Source of the DNA: a virus
Taxonomy: Duplodnaviria > Caudoviricetes
Strand: one strand, 5' to 3'
Virus record (IMG/VR): IMGVR_UViG_3300033146_005660
Span: 1-57,058 of that record
DNA: 57,058 nucleotides
Shown here: piece after piece, positions 18,908-29,200 of the stretch
How positions within the stretch are numbered: position 1 is the stretch's first letter
How the letters are laid out: each line of letters opens with the position of its first letter
Notes under the pieces: generated by a model
The model's input: the letters and a program-made list of their open reading frames with translations, nothing else
What the model was told of the DNA's origin: nothing
The model's database searches: none
Made by a program: the position numbers and the translations under genes

Positions 18908-19292
18908 GGTTCAGTTGATCGGAAATCTTGGTGCGGACCCGGAACTCAGGTCCACCGCAAGGGGAACCTCGGTGTGCAACGTCAACCTGGCGACGAGCCG
19001 CGTCTGGTACGACGACGACAAGGAGAAGCACGAGGAGACCGAGTGGCACAAGATCGTGATCTGGGGGAAACAGGCGGAGACTGTGAACCAGTACATGTCC
19101 AAGGGCTCCAAGATGTACGTTGAGGGTCGTCTGCAGACGCGCAAGTGGGAGGACAAAGAAGGAAATAACCGGTACACGACGGAGATCGTGGCGGAGCGTA
19201 CGCTGTTCTTGGATTCCAAGGGCTCCGGAGGAGGCGGTTCCAAATCCCGCGACACCCCGCCGCCCATTGGCGATGATCAACTCCCCTTCTAG
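18897..19292 (+). CDS. ssb: Single-stranded DNA-binding protein
   Basis: LNKVQLIGNLGADPELR, TEWH, GRLQTRKWEDK; ends DDQLPF. Confidence 0.95.
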   Translation: MLNKVQLIGNLGADPELRSTARGTSVCNVNLATSRVWYDDDKEKHEETEWHKIVIWGKQAETVNQYMSKGSKMYVEGRLQTRKWEDKEGNNRYTTEIVAERTLFLDSKGSGGGGSKSRDTPPPIGDDQLPF

Positions 19293-19300
19293 GTGACGCG

Positions 19301-19336
19301 GTGAGCAGGGGAGGTTGATACGCCTCCCCTGCTCAC
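19301..19336. other. Perfect 14-bp stem-loop after ssb
   Basis: GTGAGCAGGGGAGG-TTGATACG-CCTCCCCTGCTCAC; no U-tract. Confidence 0.75.
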
Positions 19337-19350
19337 TATGGAGTTTATAC

Positions 19351-19695
19351 ATGTACAGGAAAAACGATCTCAATTATACAGACAAGGTGTCTGATATACT
19401 TGGTACTGTAAAAGACACCAACATGATGGTGAGGCATAATCACATCCTCACGCCAGTGTTTGATCTTATAAAATGGACCGTAACCGGTGCCATGGGTGCT
19501 TCCGTTGTGGTGTTTTTGATCATGTCCATCGAAAGGTGCAACTTAAAGAGCGTCCAAGAATGCGCATACAAGTGCTCAAAGATATCCTCCAAGAAGGGAT
19601 CTCCATATCGCGTCATGTTGATAAACGAATCCAGGAGGGGTTGCTGGTGTAGGTCTGACAACAAGAGCGAGACCATATTGCCCGAGGAGAATTGA
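19351..19695 (+). CDS. Hypothetical membrane protein with a Cys-rich C-terminus
   Basis: GGAG RBS; one hydrophobic helix. Confidence 0.65.
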   Translation: MYRKNDLNYTDKVSDILGTVKDTNMMVRHNHILTPVFDLIKWTVTGAMGASVVVFLIMSIERCNLKSVQECAYKCSKISSKKGSPYRVMLINESRRGCWCRSDNKSETILPEEN

Positions 19696-20585
19696 TCAAG
19701 ATGGGAAGCCAATCAAAGATATCCTGGACGGACGCCACATGGAATACTGTTCGAGGTTGCTCCAAGGTTAGCAGGGGCTGCGAGAATTGCTACGCGGCGA
19801 GAATAGCCCACCGGTTCTCCGGTGAGGGCCAGCCGTACCATGGATACGTCAAGGATGAGATAGCCTGGGGAAAGCCGTATCCAACATGGAGTGGTCTGGT
19901 GTCTCCGATTGAGGACAAGCTTGAGGAGCCCCTCCGGTGGAAGCGTCCGAGAATGGTGTTCGTGAACAGCATGTCCGACACGTTTCATCCAAACGTTCCG
20001 TTCGTGTTCGTCGACAAGATAATGGACACGATCCGCCGGAGCCCCGCACACACGTTCCAGGTACTCACCAAGCGCGCGGACAGGATGCGTCACTATTTCG
20101 CGAGCAGGCCGAATATCCCGGACAACCTATGGATCGGTGTGACCGCGGAGGACAATGACACGTACGAAAGGAGAGTTCCGTTTCTCATGGAGATCGAGGC
20201 TCCCGTGAAATTCGTATCCATGGAGCCCCTCCTTGGTCTGATCGACATGGACAGATCTCAGATGAGGCCGGACTGGGTGATTGTTGGCGGTGAGTCCGGA
20301 CCGCACGCGCGTCCCATGCACCCGGACTGGGCAATAGGCGTTCTGAAGTCATGCAATCTCATGGGCATCCCTTTCTTTTTCAAGCAATGGGGCGCCTGGA
20401 AGCCAGTCGACTGGGATCCAGACAATCCGAGCCCGTCAAAGGCCAATGAGCGATATGTCAGCATTAAGGGCGGTAGCGGGTTTCACGGTTCAAGGGTTGT
20501 CAAGGTCGCAAAGTCCACTCCAAAGAAGAACGGGAACTGCTTGATTCTAGGAAAAACATACGAAGAGTTTCCAAGGGGAAAATAA
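19692..20585 (+). CDS. DUF5131 (phage Gp37/Gp68) family protein
   Basis: ISWTDATWN..GC.KVS.GCENCYA, FVNSMSD.FH, LTKR, WVIVGGESG, FFFKQWG. Confidence 0.92.
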   Translation: MIKMGSQSKISWTDATWNTVRGCSKVSRGCENCYAARIAHRFSGEGQPYHGYVKDEIAWGKPYPTWSGLVSPIEDKLEEPLRWKRPRMVFVNSMSDTFHPNVPFVFVDKIMDTIRRSPAHTFQVLTKRADRMRHYFASRPNIPDNLWIGVTAEDNDTYERRVPFLMEIEAPVKFVSMEPLLGLIDMDRSQMRPDWVIVGGESGPHARPMHPDWAIGVLKSCNLMGIPFFFKQWGAWKPVDWDPDNPSPSKANERYVSIKGGSGFHGSRVVKVAKSTPKKNGNCLILGKTYEEFPRGK

Positions 20586-20980
20586 TGGCTGCACCATCAC
20601 GAAGAAGTTTGAACAACGAAAAGGTATGCGAGAACTGCGGAAAAACCTTCTTGGCCAAGACGGCAATAACGCGGTTTTGCTACGATGACCGATGTCTCCG
20701 GGATCGAAACGCAAAACGGAAGAAGGTGTTCAAGGATGGCCTCCTTGCTCCGGCTCCGGCGAAGATGAAGATGAAGAAAAGAGATCTCAAGGAGTGGAAC
20801 AAGAACTTTCCGATTGGCACCCGTGTCATTCTAACGAAGGACACGGGAGAAGAGGTCCAGACGGTAATTCGGTCCAAGGGATGGCTGCTGGGGAATGGAA
20901 TGCCGCTTGTTCTCGTGGATGGGATTCGCGGAGGATACTCAATTTCGAGGATTAGGAAGGACAATCAGAATGCAAGTTAA
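20585..20980 (+). CDS. Hypothetical protein with an N-terminal zinc finger
   Basis: CENCGK..FC...RC. Confidence 0.7.
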   Translation: MAAPSRRSLNNEKVCENCGKTFLAKTAITRFCYDDRCLRDRNAKRKKVFKDGLLAPAPAKMKMKKRDLKEWNKNFPIGTRVILTKDTGEEVQTVIRSKGWLLGNGMPLVLVDGIRGGYSISRIRKDNQNAS

Positions 20981-21419
20981 GCTCAAGAAGGGTATCCCCC
21001 AAAAGTCCTATGGGCGAATGTCCTACAGGAAGCTCAGGGAGAGGGCATCGCAACAGCTTGCCAGCCTCTCGATGCAGCTTCGAGATCTCGTTCTCAAGGA
21101 CGGTCCCATGGAGGAAGAGGACATCGATGAGAACCTGAGAACCGGGAAGTTCCGGAACAGCATGTTCGTCCACGACGGGTTTACCGTGATGTTCACCGTG
21201 GAGAACCACGGGACAAGCGCGTACCAACACCTCTCGGTGTCCAGGAAAGAGCGGTATCCGTCATGGGACGAAATCGTGCTCTTCAGGTCGCTATTCTTCG
21301 AGGACGACGACGAGATCGTTCAGGTGATTCCAAAGGAAAGCGATTACGTGAACGTCCACGACAACTGCTTTCACATGTGGCTCGACATCTCGGGGCCACA
21401 CATGACCTGGCTGAGCTGA
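20970..21419 (+). CDS. Conserved phage hypothetical protein (DUF7694-like)
   Basis: HLSVS..RYPSWDEI..YVNVHDNCFHMW motif. Confidence 0.75.
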   Translation: MQVKLKKGIPQKSYGRMSYRKLRERASQQLASLSMQLRDLVLKDGPMEEEDIDENLRTGKFRNSMFVHDGFTVMFTVENHGTSAYQHLSVSRKERYPSWDEIVLFRSLFFEDDDEIVQVIPKESDYVNVHDNCFHMWLDISGPHMTWLS

Positions 21420-21425
21420 AAACTG

Positions 21426-21434
21426 GGCATAAGA
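21426..21434 (+). promoter_or_regulatory. GGCATAAGA motif (putative phage-RNAP promoter)
   Basis: Intergenic copy about 170 nt upstream of a TTTAGCTAT terminator. Confidence 0.6.
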
Positions 21435-21439
21435 GAAGT

Positions 21440-21605
21440 ATGTATGGGCGGTTTATCCACCACAGTGCACTTGCTAGGACTGTTGTGAATGACCGGACTA
21501 TCACCTTGGTGATGGCCGCCCTGAAGAAGAGGCAGGACCCCTCTTCGGGAACGCCATCGTCAAGGCCTACACGAGGGGGGTTATCCCCCTCTGTGTTTTA
21601 GCTAT
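21440..21605 (+). ncRNA. Candidate small structured RNA
   Basis: Lies between promoter and terminator motifs; long irregular hairpin at 21504-21565; no RBS-supported ORF. Confidence 0.45.
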
Positions 21606-22298
21606 GCGATCCCTGCCAAGGTGCATCATGGACTTGACGGACTCGTTCTTGCGCGCCAGGACGTCCATGGCCCGACCAATGCGTGTTTTCGACCCGGACA
21701 GGACGGGGTCCGCAACGTGCTGTCGGACATACTTGAGCTGCTTGATCACCGGGGCGTGCGGCCCTAAGTAGCGCGCGCCCGCGCCGATCAGACCCCCCGT
21801 TATGGCACCGGCTGCGATGGCTTTGACGGGGATATTCTTCCGACGACCCTTACCTGACTTGTATCCCTGGTATCCCCCGGCGACGGCTCCCATGTACGGC
21901 GCAGCCTTCAGGGACCCGGAGACCGCCGTGTCAGCGGCAGACAGGGCTTTGAATGGATGCGTAGCCCGGAGGACAGGAACCTTCTCCATCGTGCTACGGA
22001 CGGTCTGACCATACTTCCTGCCCACATCGTACATGTAGACGGCACTCGGGCTGATGACGGTCCCTATGGCCGTGGAGGCAACGGGTCCGATGGATTTGCC
22101 GGTCACGCCATGGCGGAATCCCGTGCTCATCATTTCGTCACCGGCGCGCGCGAGGAACTCTTTGACCTTCGGCGGGGACAGTCTCGTATTGATGAGAATG
22201 TGTCCCACGGCATTCGCCGTGAGTTTTCCGCCCAAGAACGCGAGGACGCCGGCCGTCTTTTGAAGTTCGTTGGCAAATCCGTTGAGAAAGTTGTTCAT
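21567..22298 (-). CDS. Putative internal virion protein with the shared leader
   Basis: Starts MNNFLNGFANELQKTAG; basic, with Gly/Ala-rich helices. Confidence 0.75.
   Translation of the reverse strand: MNNFLNGFANELQKTAGVLAFLGGKLTANAVGHILINTRLSPPKVKEFLARAGDEMMSTGFRHGVTGKSIGPVASTAIGTVISPSAVYMYDVGRKYGQTVRSTMEKVPVLRATHPFKALSAADTAVSGSLKAAPYMGAVAGGYQGYKSGKGRRKNIPVKAIAAGAITGGLIGAGARYLGPHAPVIKQLKYVRQHVADPVLSGSKTRIGRAMDVLARKNESVKSMMHLGRDRIAKTQRGITPLV
21573..21605 (+). terminator. Hairpin + TTTAGCTAT terminator motif
   Basis: GAGGGGG-GTTAT-CCCCCTC-TGTG-TTTTAGCTAT. Confidence 0.65.
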
Positions 22299-23258
22299 CT
22301 AAAGCTTCCTTGTCCCCAGACCGTTGAGTTCCCCGAGCATGTCCTGGTAGAACTTTCTCTTCGATGGGGGTGCCTGCGGTTCCGTCCCAGGTTTTCCTAT
22401 TTTACTCGTCTTGGGCTTGGGCGGCGAGGTGATCCAGCTCGATCTGGCGCTCTTGACCTTGGATCCCACGGCCTTCTTGGACGCCGTCTTCTCCTGCTTC
22501 TTCTCAGCGTAGTCCTTGACGGCTTTGGCTATCATGGGTGCCGTGAGCGCTGGAATGGCGCTGACCACGTAGGTCATGAACGCCGGCAACAGCGTGGCCA
22601 TGGATTTGATCGCCGCACGGTTTCCCTCGATCGCCCTGATTGCCCTTGTTCCATGGATTGACGCCCTGGCCTCCTCGAGAACGTCCGGAATATGAGGAGC
22701 CACCGAAACGAGAGGGGCATACTTGCTCACCGTGTCGTTATCCGACATGGCCATCCCGATTCCCGTTCCCATAAAGGCCGGTCTCGCCACGTCCCTTGCT
22801 TTGACGAGCGTGGACAGCGTGGAGATTGGCGATGGAACGTTGTGTCCAACCTCGTGGGCAATTGTCGCCGGGTTCCCGGAGCTCAGGAATATCCTTGGCT
22901 TGACGCGTTCGGCGAACTCCGATGTTTCCTTTCCGAAGATTTTCGGGTGGCCTTTCAGCGTCTCAATGGTTTGCCTTGGTATCGTGAGCGACTCTCCGCC
23001 AACTACCGTACTGACATGCGGGACATTCAGATACTCCTCGTATTGAAGCTTTCTCGCGAGGGCCTCAAAATCAACGGAGCCAAGCCATCTCCCGATGTCT
23101 TTTTTATCGTAAGATCCATGAATCGAATCGATGATATTTGAGAGGGGATCTATGATTGCCCTGGAGGCCCCTGTCTCGCTGGTGGCAACCCCGGACAGCG
23201 CTCCGTACATTCTCGGAAGCTGAGACCTGTTGATGTCAGAATTCTCATTGTCGCCCAT
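22299..23258 (-). CDS. Zincin metallopeptidase-like protein (Zn_peptidase_2/YugP-like)
   Basis: AHEVGH (HExxH), LEEARAS third-ligand motif, AFMTYV. Confidence 0.7.
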   Translation of the reverse strand: MGDNENSDINRSQLPRMYGALSGVATSETGASRAIIDPLSNIIDSIHGSYDKKDIGRWLGSVDFEALARKLQYEEYLNVPHVSTVVGGESLTIPRQTIETLKGHPKIFGKETSEFAERVKPRIFLSSGNPATIAHEVGHNVPSPISTLSTLVKARDVARPAFMGTGIGMAMSDNDTVSKYAPLVSVAPHIPDVLEEARASIHGTRAIRAIEGNRAAIKSMATLLPAFMTYVVSAIPALTAPMIAKAVKDYAEKKQEKTASKKAVGSKVKSARSSWITSPPKPKTSKIGKPGTEPQAPPSKRKFYQDMLGELNGLGTRKL

Positions 23259-26200
23259 CAGTATCTGCCCTTCTCTCCGGTTCCGAATTCAGCGCCATAT
23301 GCAAATGCGGGGACAGGGGAGTATCCGTGAATGTCCGACGTCCAGCCTTCTCCGGCGCCCTGCTGGATTGCCCTAGCAATGTGACCATATCCTAGCTGTG
23401 CCATCCAGTCTTTACTGAGAAGCGGAACCTGCTTGATTCCCTCCATGAACGGCTTGTGGACGATGGGCTCCGGGCCGATATGAACCTCGGTGTGACCAAG
23501 ATTCTTGAGGATATCAGCTACCCTCTTGGTGATCTCGGTTCCCTTTTTGACCGGGCCATAGGACCTGTGAAGTGTTTTCCCAAGGGCTTCACCGAGACCA
23601 ACTCGCCCGAGCGCCTTCTTGTTAAAAGACTCTGCAAGTGAATAGGGGATCACGTCTCCGAGGGTATAGGGGGAGCTCCCACCGTCGACAACTCTCGTTG
23701 TGTTCGAGACGGACTGAACGACTGTCTCGACGTTCTTCTTCAAGATGTTGAACCCCGTGTCCTTGTACGCCGAAACGATCTCGTCAACGAGGTACTTCTG
23801 TGCCGGAAGCATTCCCTTGAGGTCCACGAGCTCCCGGGGCTGAATGATTCCATCGGAGATCGGGTCTCCTTTTTTGATGGTTGAGCCGATCTTTACCTTG
23901 AGGGAGTTTCCCGGGGAAACAAAGTGCTTGGTTGATCCAATGAACACGTTTTTTCCGCCGGTCATGGCGTTTTCTATCGAGGTAACTTTTCCGTCATGGA
24001 GTGAAAGCGTCGCCTTGCCGGCGATAATCTTCGGCATCTTGATCAGTTTGTCGATCTTCTCGAAGCCCGTGACGTTCTTCGAGCCACTGACGCCACCGGA
24101 ATGCATGGTGTTCAGCGTCATCTGGGTCAGAGGCTCAGTCATCGACTGACCGGCGATGGCCCCGATGTTCGTACCGAGCTCAGGGAACTTGCCCGTGCTG
24201 TCCAGGCCATAACAGGATGAGCACACGCCATCGGACAGACCGCAGGTGAGCGGCGATGAACACTTGACCTTCTTGACCTTGTGCTTCCTGAACGTGGTCA
24301 CCATGTTAGGCGTGACGATGTCTCCCTGGCGGGCAAGGACCTTTCCTCTGGACTTGACGTCCTGAACGAGGACGCGGTCGTTTACGTTCGAGTCGTTGAT
24401 GTCGAAATCAAGTCCATTGTCCGTGTTGCACTTTTCCTGGGTGACAACAGATCGAACCACGGTGGCCATGAGGTCTTTGTTGAACTCGCCAGGCTTCGAG
24501 GTCTGTAGCTGCTTGTCGACAACGCCCTTGCGCGCACCGTACAGGCTGTTCCAGTAATCAGGGAGAGACATTCCCGTCGAGAAAGACCCCTCGATGGCTA
24601 TGGGAAGCGTGTTCCCGTTGACATCGTCGACGAGCAGCGGTGCGCTGACAATTTGCTTGAGCTGATTCATATCCCCGCGGGCACCGGATTGGACCATCTT
24701 GTACAGGTTGTTCCCCTGCTCCCCGAGGTCATGAGCAATCATCACTTTGAGCTTTTTGTCGACTTCCCGGTAAAGCTTCACCTTCTTGTCGTCGCTCATA
24801 TTCTTGGATGCACGACGCGCATCGTCCAGGAGCTTCTGTCTTCCCTTGATGACCGGCTGAACGTCGTCGATGCTCACCGTGAACCCCCGGGCAAACGCAT
24901 GCTCATTTCCGAGCTCCGTGAGCTTGTCAACGGTGTTCGCGTATTCTGCGGGGTTGTCGTTGGCGATCTCCGTGAGAAGCTTCTTGATCCCCGATTTATC
25001 AAGGAGACCGCTTCGACCGCGGTATTTCTCCGGGAGAACCGCGTCGATCAACATCCTTCCCGCCGTGGTGTTTTTCCCGGCGACCCTGACCATATCCTGG
25101 ATGTCGATGTCACCCTTCTCGAGTGATGTGCTCAGGGCCTCCGCGTTCTTGAAACTCTTCTTTGTCCTTTTCCCGCTCTTGCTCAGGAAGTAAAGACCTA
25201 TGGAGGATTCCTGTGACGGTGCCATCATGATCGCACCGGTACCTGGGTTGAACAGGTTGCGGGACGGCAACATCTTCTTGGCTTCTTCGACTGCCTTTGG
25301 CATGATGGGAACGTGTACGTGCATAGTGTCCCCGTCAAAGTCCGCATTGAAGCCCTTAACAATGAGCGGTGGAATCTTTATAGCCTTCCCGGCTATGAGC
25401 TTGGGGTTGAATGCCATTACATTGAACTTGTGAAGTGATGGAGCTCTATTCAGGAAGATGGGACGCTTGGCCATAACGGCTTCAAGGGCCTTGCGTGCCA
25501 CGAAGCTCTGGTTCTCGATTTCCTTGTCTGCGTCCGTCGCCTTGTAGCCCTGACCCACGAGCTCGCGCATCACGAATGGTTGGAATATGGTCCACGCCAT
25601 CTTCTCGGGAATCCCCGCCTCGTCGATTCCAAGCTTGGGCTCGGGAATGATCGTCCCGCGACCCACGAGATCCTGTTCCCGGCGAAGCACATGTTTCTGG
25701 AAGAAACCCGTCTTCGATCCTGCCCCCGCGTTTCCCTTGATCTCCTCAATGATCCCCCTGGGGCGTCTCTTCTTCGGATAGTACGTGATTGGATTCGACG
25801 AGATACCAGCAACGGCGGCCGCGCCCCTGTAGAGGTCTCTGCGTAGATCACTCTTGGCGTCCTCGGGCATGTACTCGAGCTTGTTGAAGGATCTAAGCTT
25901 ATCGCTGACGAGCCCAAGATCTCTGTACAGGAAGTTCACGGGAGACGTGTGGAGGTTCCCGTCGGGAAGCGCGTAAATAGGCCGGAAGGCCGGGGGAAGC
26001 ACGGGGACTCGATTTAGGATGTATGCATTCTGCGGTTTCAGGTTGAGCTTCTTGAGCGCCTCAAGGTAGCGGATGCCCTTGTTGGCGTTGTTGACCGTGG
26101 TCATCGACTTGGACTTGCGTGCCGATGTCTTGAAGGTCCTCATGGACTTTTCAACATCGAGCTCGGTCAGAAGCCTCAGGAAAGCATTCCCTCCCGTGAG

Positions 26201-29200
26201 TCCCTTCTCTTCGTTGATGTCCCCCTGCTCGTCGACGAACATCGAACCGTTCGTGATCCCATCGAATGTCTTCTTGTTGATGCCCAACAGTGATCGAACG
26301 GGCGCCTCGAACACGGGGTTAACGATGGGCTCCGCGAGCTCGATGTGAGACCACTTGGTTCCCCTGAGGCCCCCCGTTATGGTCTTGTCCATGAGGCCAC
26401 CACGGAGTTCCGCGAGGTCCTTGGCTCTCACGAACTGAGGATTCTTGATCTCCCCGTTGCTGAGCTTGGAGATCTCCTTGTCCGTCATGGGCGCTAGTGT
26501 GAGCTCGCTGCCGCTTTGCTTGACGTCGACGCCCGCGGCCTTCATGTACGAAATGAACTTGTTGTAGGCGAACGTTGGTTTCGGTGGAGGAAGGATGTCC
26601 CCGGTTTTCAGAGCGTACCAGAAGTCATCGTTTCTCGTTGCCTTGTGGGTCGCCATCTCCCGGAGGTTGTGACGAGCACCATGGGCGAGCATCGAGTAGA
26701 ACATGAGGAGGTCGACGGCTTTCGCCCCGGGCTCCCCGCCCTTGACGGGTTCATTGGTCGACTGGTTGTATTTCCATCCAGCACCCGCACCGCGGGCACT
26801 GAACTGGCTCTTCGCCTGCTTTTCGAGCTTCAGAACATACGTTTCTCCAACGGCGACCTGACCGAGCGACTTTCCGGACAGTGGGTCAAGGAGCTCCTCG
26901 GTGCCCTTCATTCCATTCTTCTTCAGGAGGTCCTTGATGGTCTTCGTGTAGTTTTCGTTCGAGAAGTTGTTGACGACGTACGTTGAGCCCGTCTTTTTGG
27001 CAACCTTCCCCGCGGCGTTCTCGAGAACCTGGCCAATGTTCATTCTCGTCACGATGCCATGCGGGTTGTACATGATGTCGACGGGGGTCCCGTCCTTCTC
27101 ATGTGGCGCCTGATCGACGGGAATGATCTTTGTGACAATCCCTTTGTTTCCGTAGCGTCCAACGAGCTTGTCACCAATTTTTGCTGGCTCCTCGGTGCGA
27201 ATGTAGACCTTGGTGTGCTTTCCCTTTCGGACGACGTCGACAACGCGCCCCTTGGTATCGCCTTCCCATTTGATGCTGTCGTCTTTCCAGGGTCGCATGA
27301 GGGAACGAGCGAGCTTGCCGAACACGATGTTCTCAGGGTCGATCTCGTCCTTCCGAAGCTTGGTGATCACGGGGTCACCTGGATTCAGAAGGGTACCCTT
27401 CTTGACGACACCGTCTTCACCGAGCTTGGAAACCTGGTCCTTTTTGTAGGCGTTCGGGTAGTGGGCTACGAACTTCTTCTTGTTTAAGACGGCTCTGTCG
27501 GACTCGGTCGCTGAGTCGATGTGCATGTGCTCCGACGTCAGTTTCTTGGCCGCCTCGTCGGTGATGACAATGCCGTCCTCGAAATTGTACCCCTTGTAGG
27601 GGATGTACGCTGTTCTCAGGTTCTTCCCGAGCGCGAGGACCCCGTCGTCCGTGAAGTTGGTGTCCGCGAGAACCTGCCCCTTCTTGACGATGTCCCCCTC
27701 CTTGATCTTTACGATCGAGTCGATGAAGGACTTCTGGTTCAAGGGGAAGTTATCGTACAGGTTGATTGTGTGTTTTGTACCCATATTGTCTTTGACGACA
27801 ATATGGTTTTTGGTGACCTTGCTGATGACACCTTTGGTTGGGGACCTGAAGGCAAATGCATCACCGAGGAGTCCCTCGAATGTTGTGTTTCCGCCCACTC
27901 GGGATTGCACGAGTGGTTTCTCCCGGTGCTTCAGGGACACAGCTTGTTCGGCGAGCTTTGAGGCGATGAGCGTTCGACCACCGTTGTTGTTCTGGATGAA
28001 CGGCGTGAGGTTCGTGGCCATCGAGAACACCTGCTTGGGGGATTGCAACGTGTAGTCAACGTCTTTTGCTTTGACGGTGACCGTTTTGTTGCCCTTCCCG
28101 AGGGCAATGATCTCCTTGGGGTCCTTCCATTTTTTTGCACGAGCATCGTATTGCCCCGGGAAGGCCACTACGGAATCAGCGAACTGCGCTGGGTCAATCT
28201 TTTCAAGGTCTCCGGTTCGCACGTTGATTGCCCGGGTGAGCAGTGTCTTGTCCTTGGAGTCCACGCCGACCGGAAGATGATAGACGATTCCAACCTTGTC
28301 GCTCTCCGGCGTGTGGACGGGGTCCACGAACCCAAGATGCGATGGATGAACGTTTCGCATGTCATCGGTGATCGTGTGCCTGTCGTTGATTCCCCCGGGT
28401 CCCATGATGGTCAGGAGTGTCGACGAGTTGTACATGTCCAGAGGGTTCAATTGTTTCGGAAGCTGATGGAGTTCCGGGAGGGCAAACACGGACTCGATAT
28501 GCGGTCCGATGACCGTTGAGTTGATGACTTCGTCAACGCCCTCTCTGGCACTCGAGTTCAGGTTGTTCGCGATCGTCTTCTTGATTTTCCCGCTGAATTC
28601 CCCCATGGAGAGACGTTCTTCAACGAGGTCCTGGATCGTCCGGTACTCCTTGAACTCGAGCGAGTTGCGATCGTGAGGCTCCTCCTCGCCCTTCATGACG
28701 TTGAGGAGTCTCCCTGACAGGTCGGCAAGGAACTGGCCAGTCATCTTGTTGTACTTGCCGCCCACGGTTCTGTCGTTGACCTTGGGGTCCATCTTCGTGC
28801 GCTCAACGAACTCCCTGATGTCCTTGGCGGCAGATTCCCCATCGGAATACGATTTCCCGGTCACAGACTTCGCAAAGCTCTTCAGGGAGCCCGCGAACTC
28901 CGAGGACTTCATCTGCTTGTTCGCCTCCAGAACGCCCTGGCCCCACTTCTTGGCCAAGAGGGAGTCGGATACCCCGAGGGCGCTGAGTATCGGGTAGAGG
29001 CGCTGCTTGGCCTGCCCGACGTTGATACGGAAGACGCCAGTCTCCTGGTTGGCTGTCATGCCAATCTGACCCGAGTAGCCTTTGGCGAGGTTGATTTGCC
29101 CCTTGACCAGTCCGTTCTGGGACTTGACCGTGTAGCCGGCAGGACGGAGCCGTAGCTGGTTGGCGATCTGGTGCTCGCTGCCCTTGATGATGTAGGAGAA

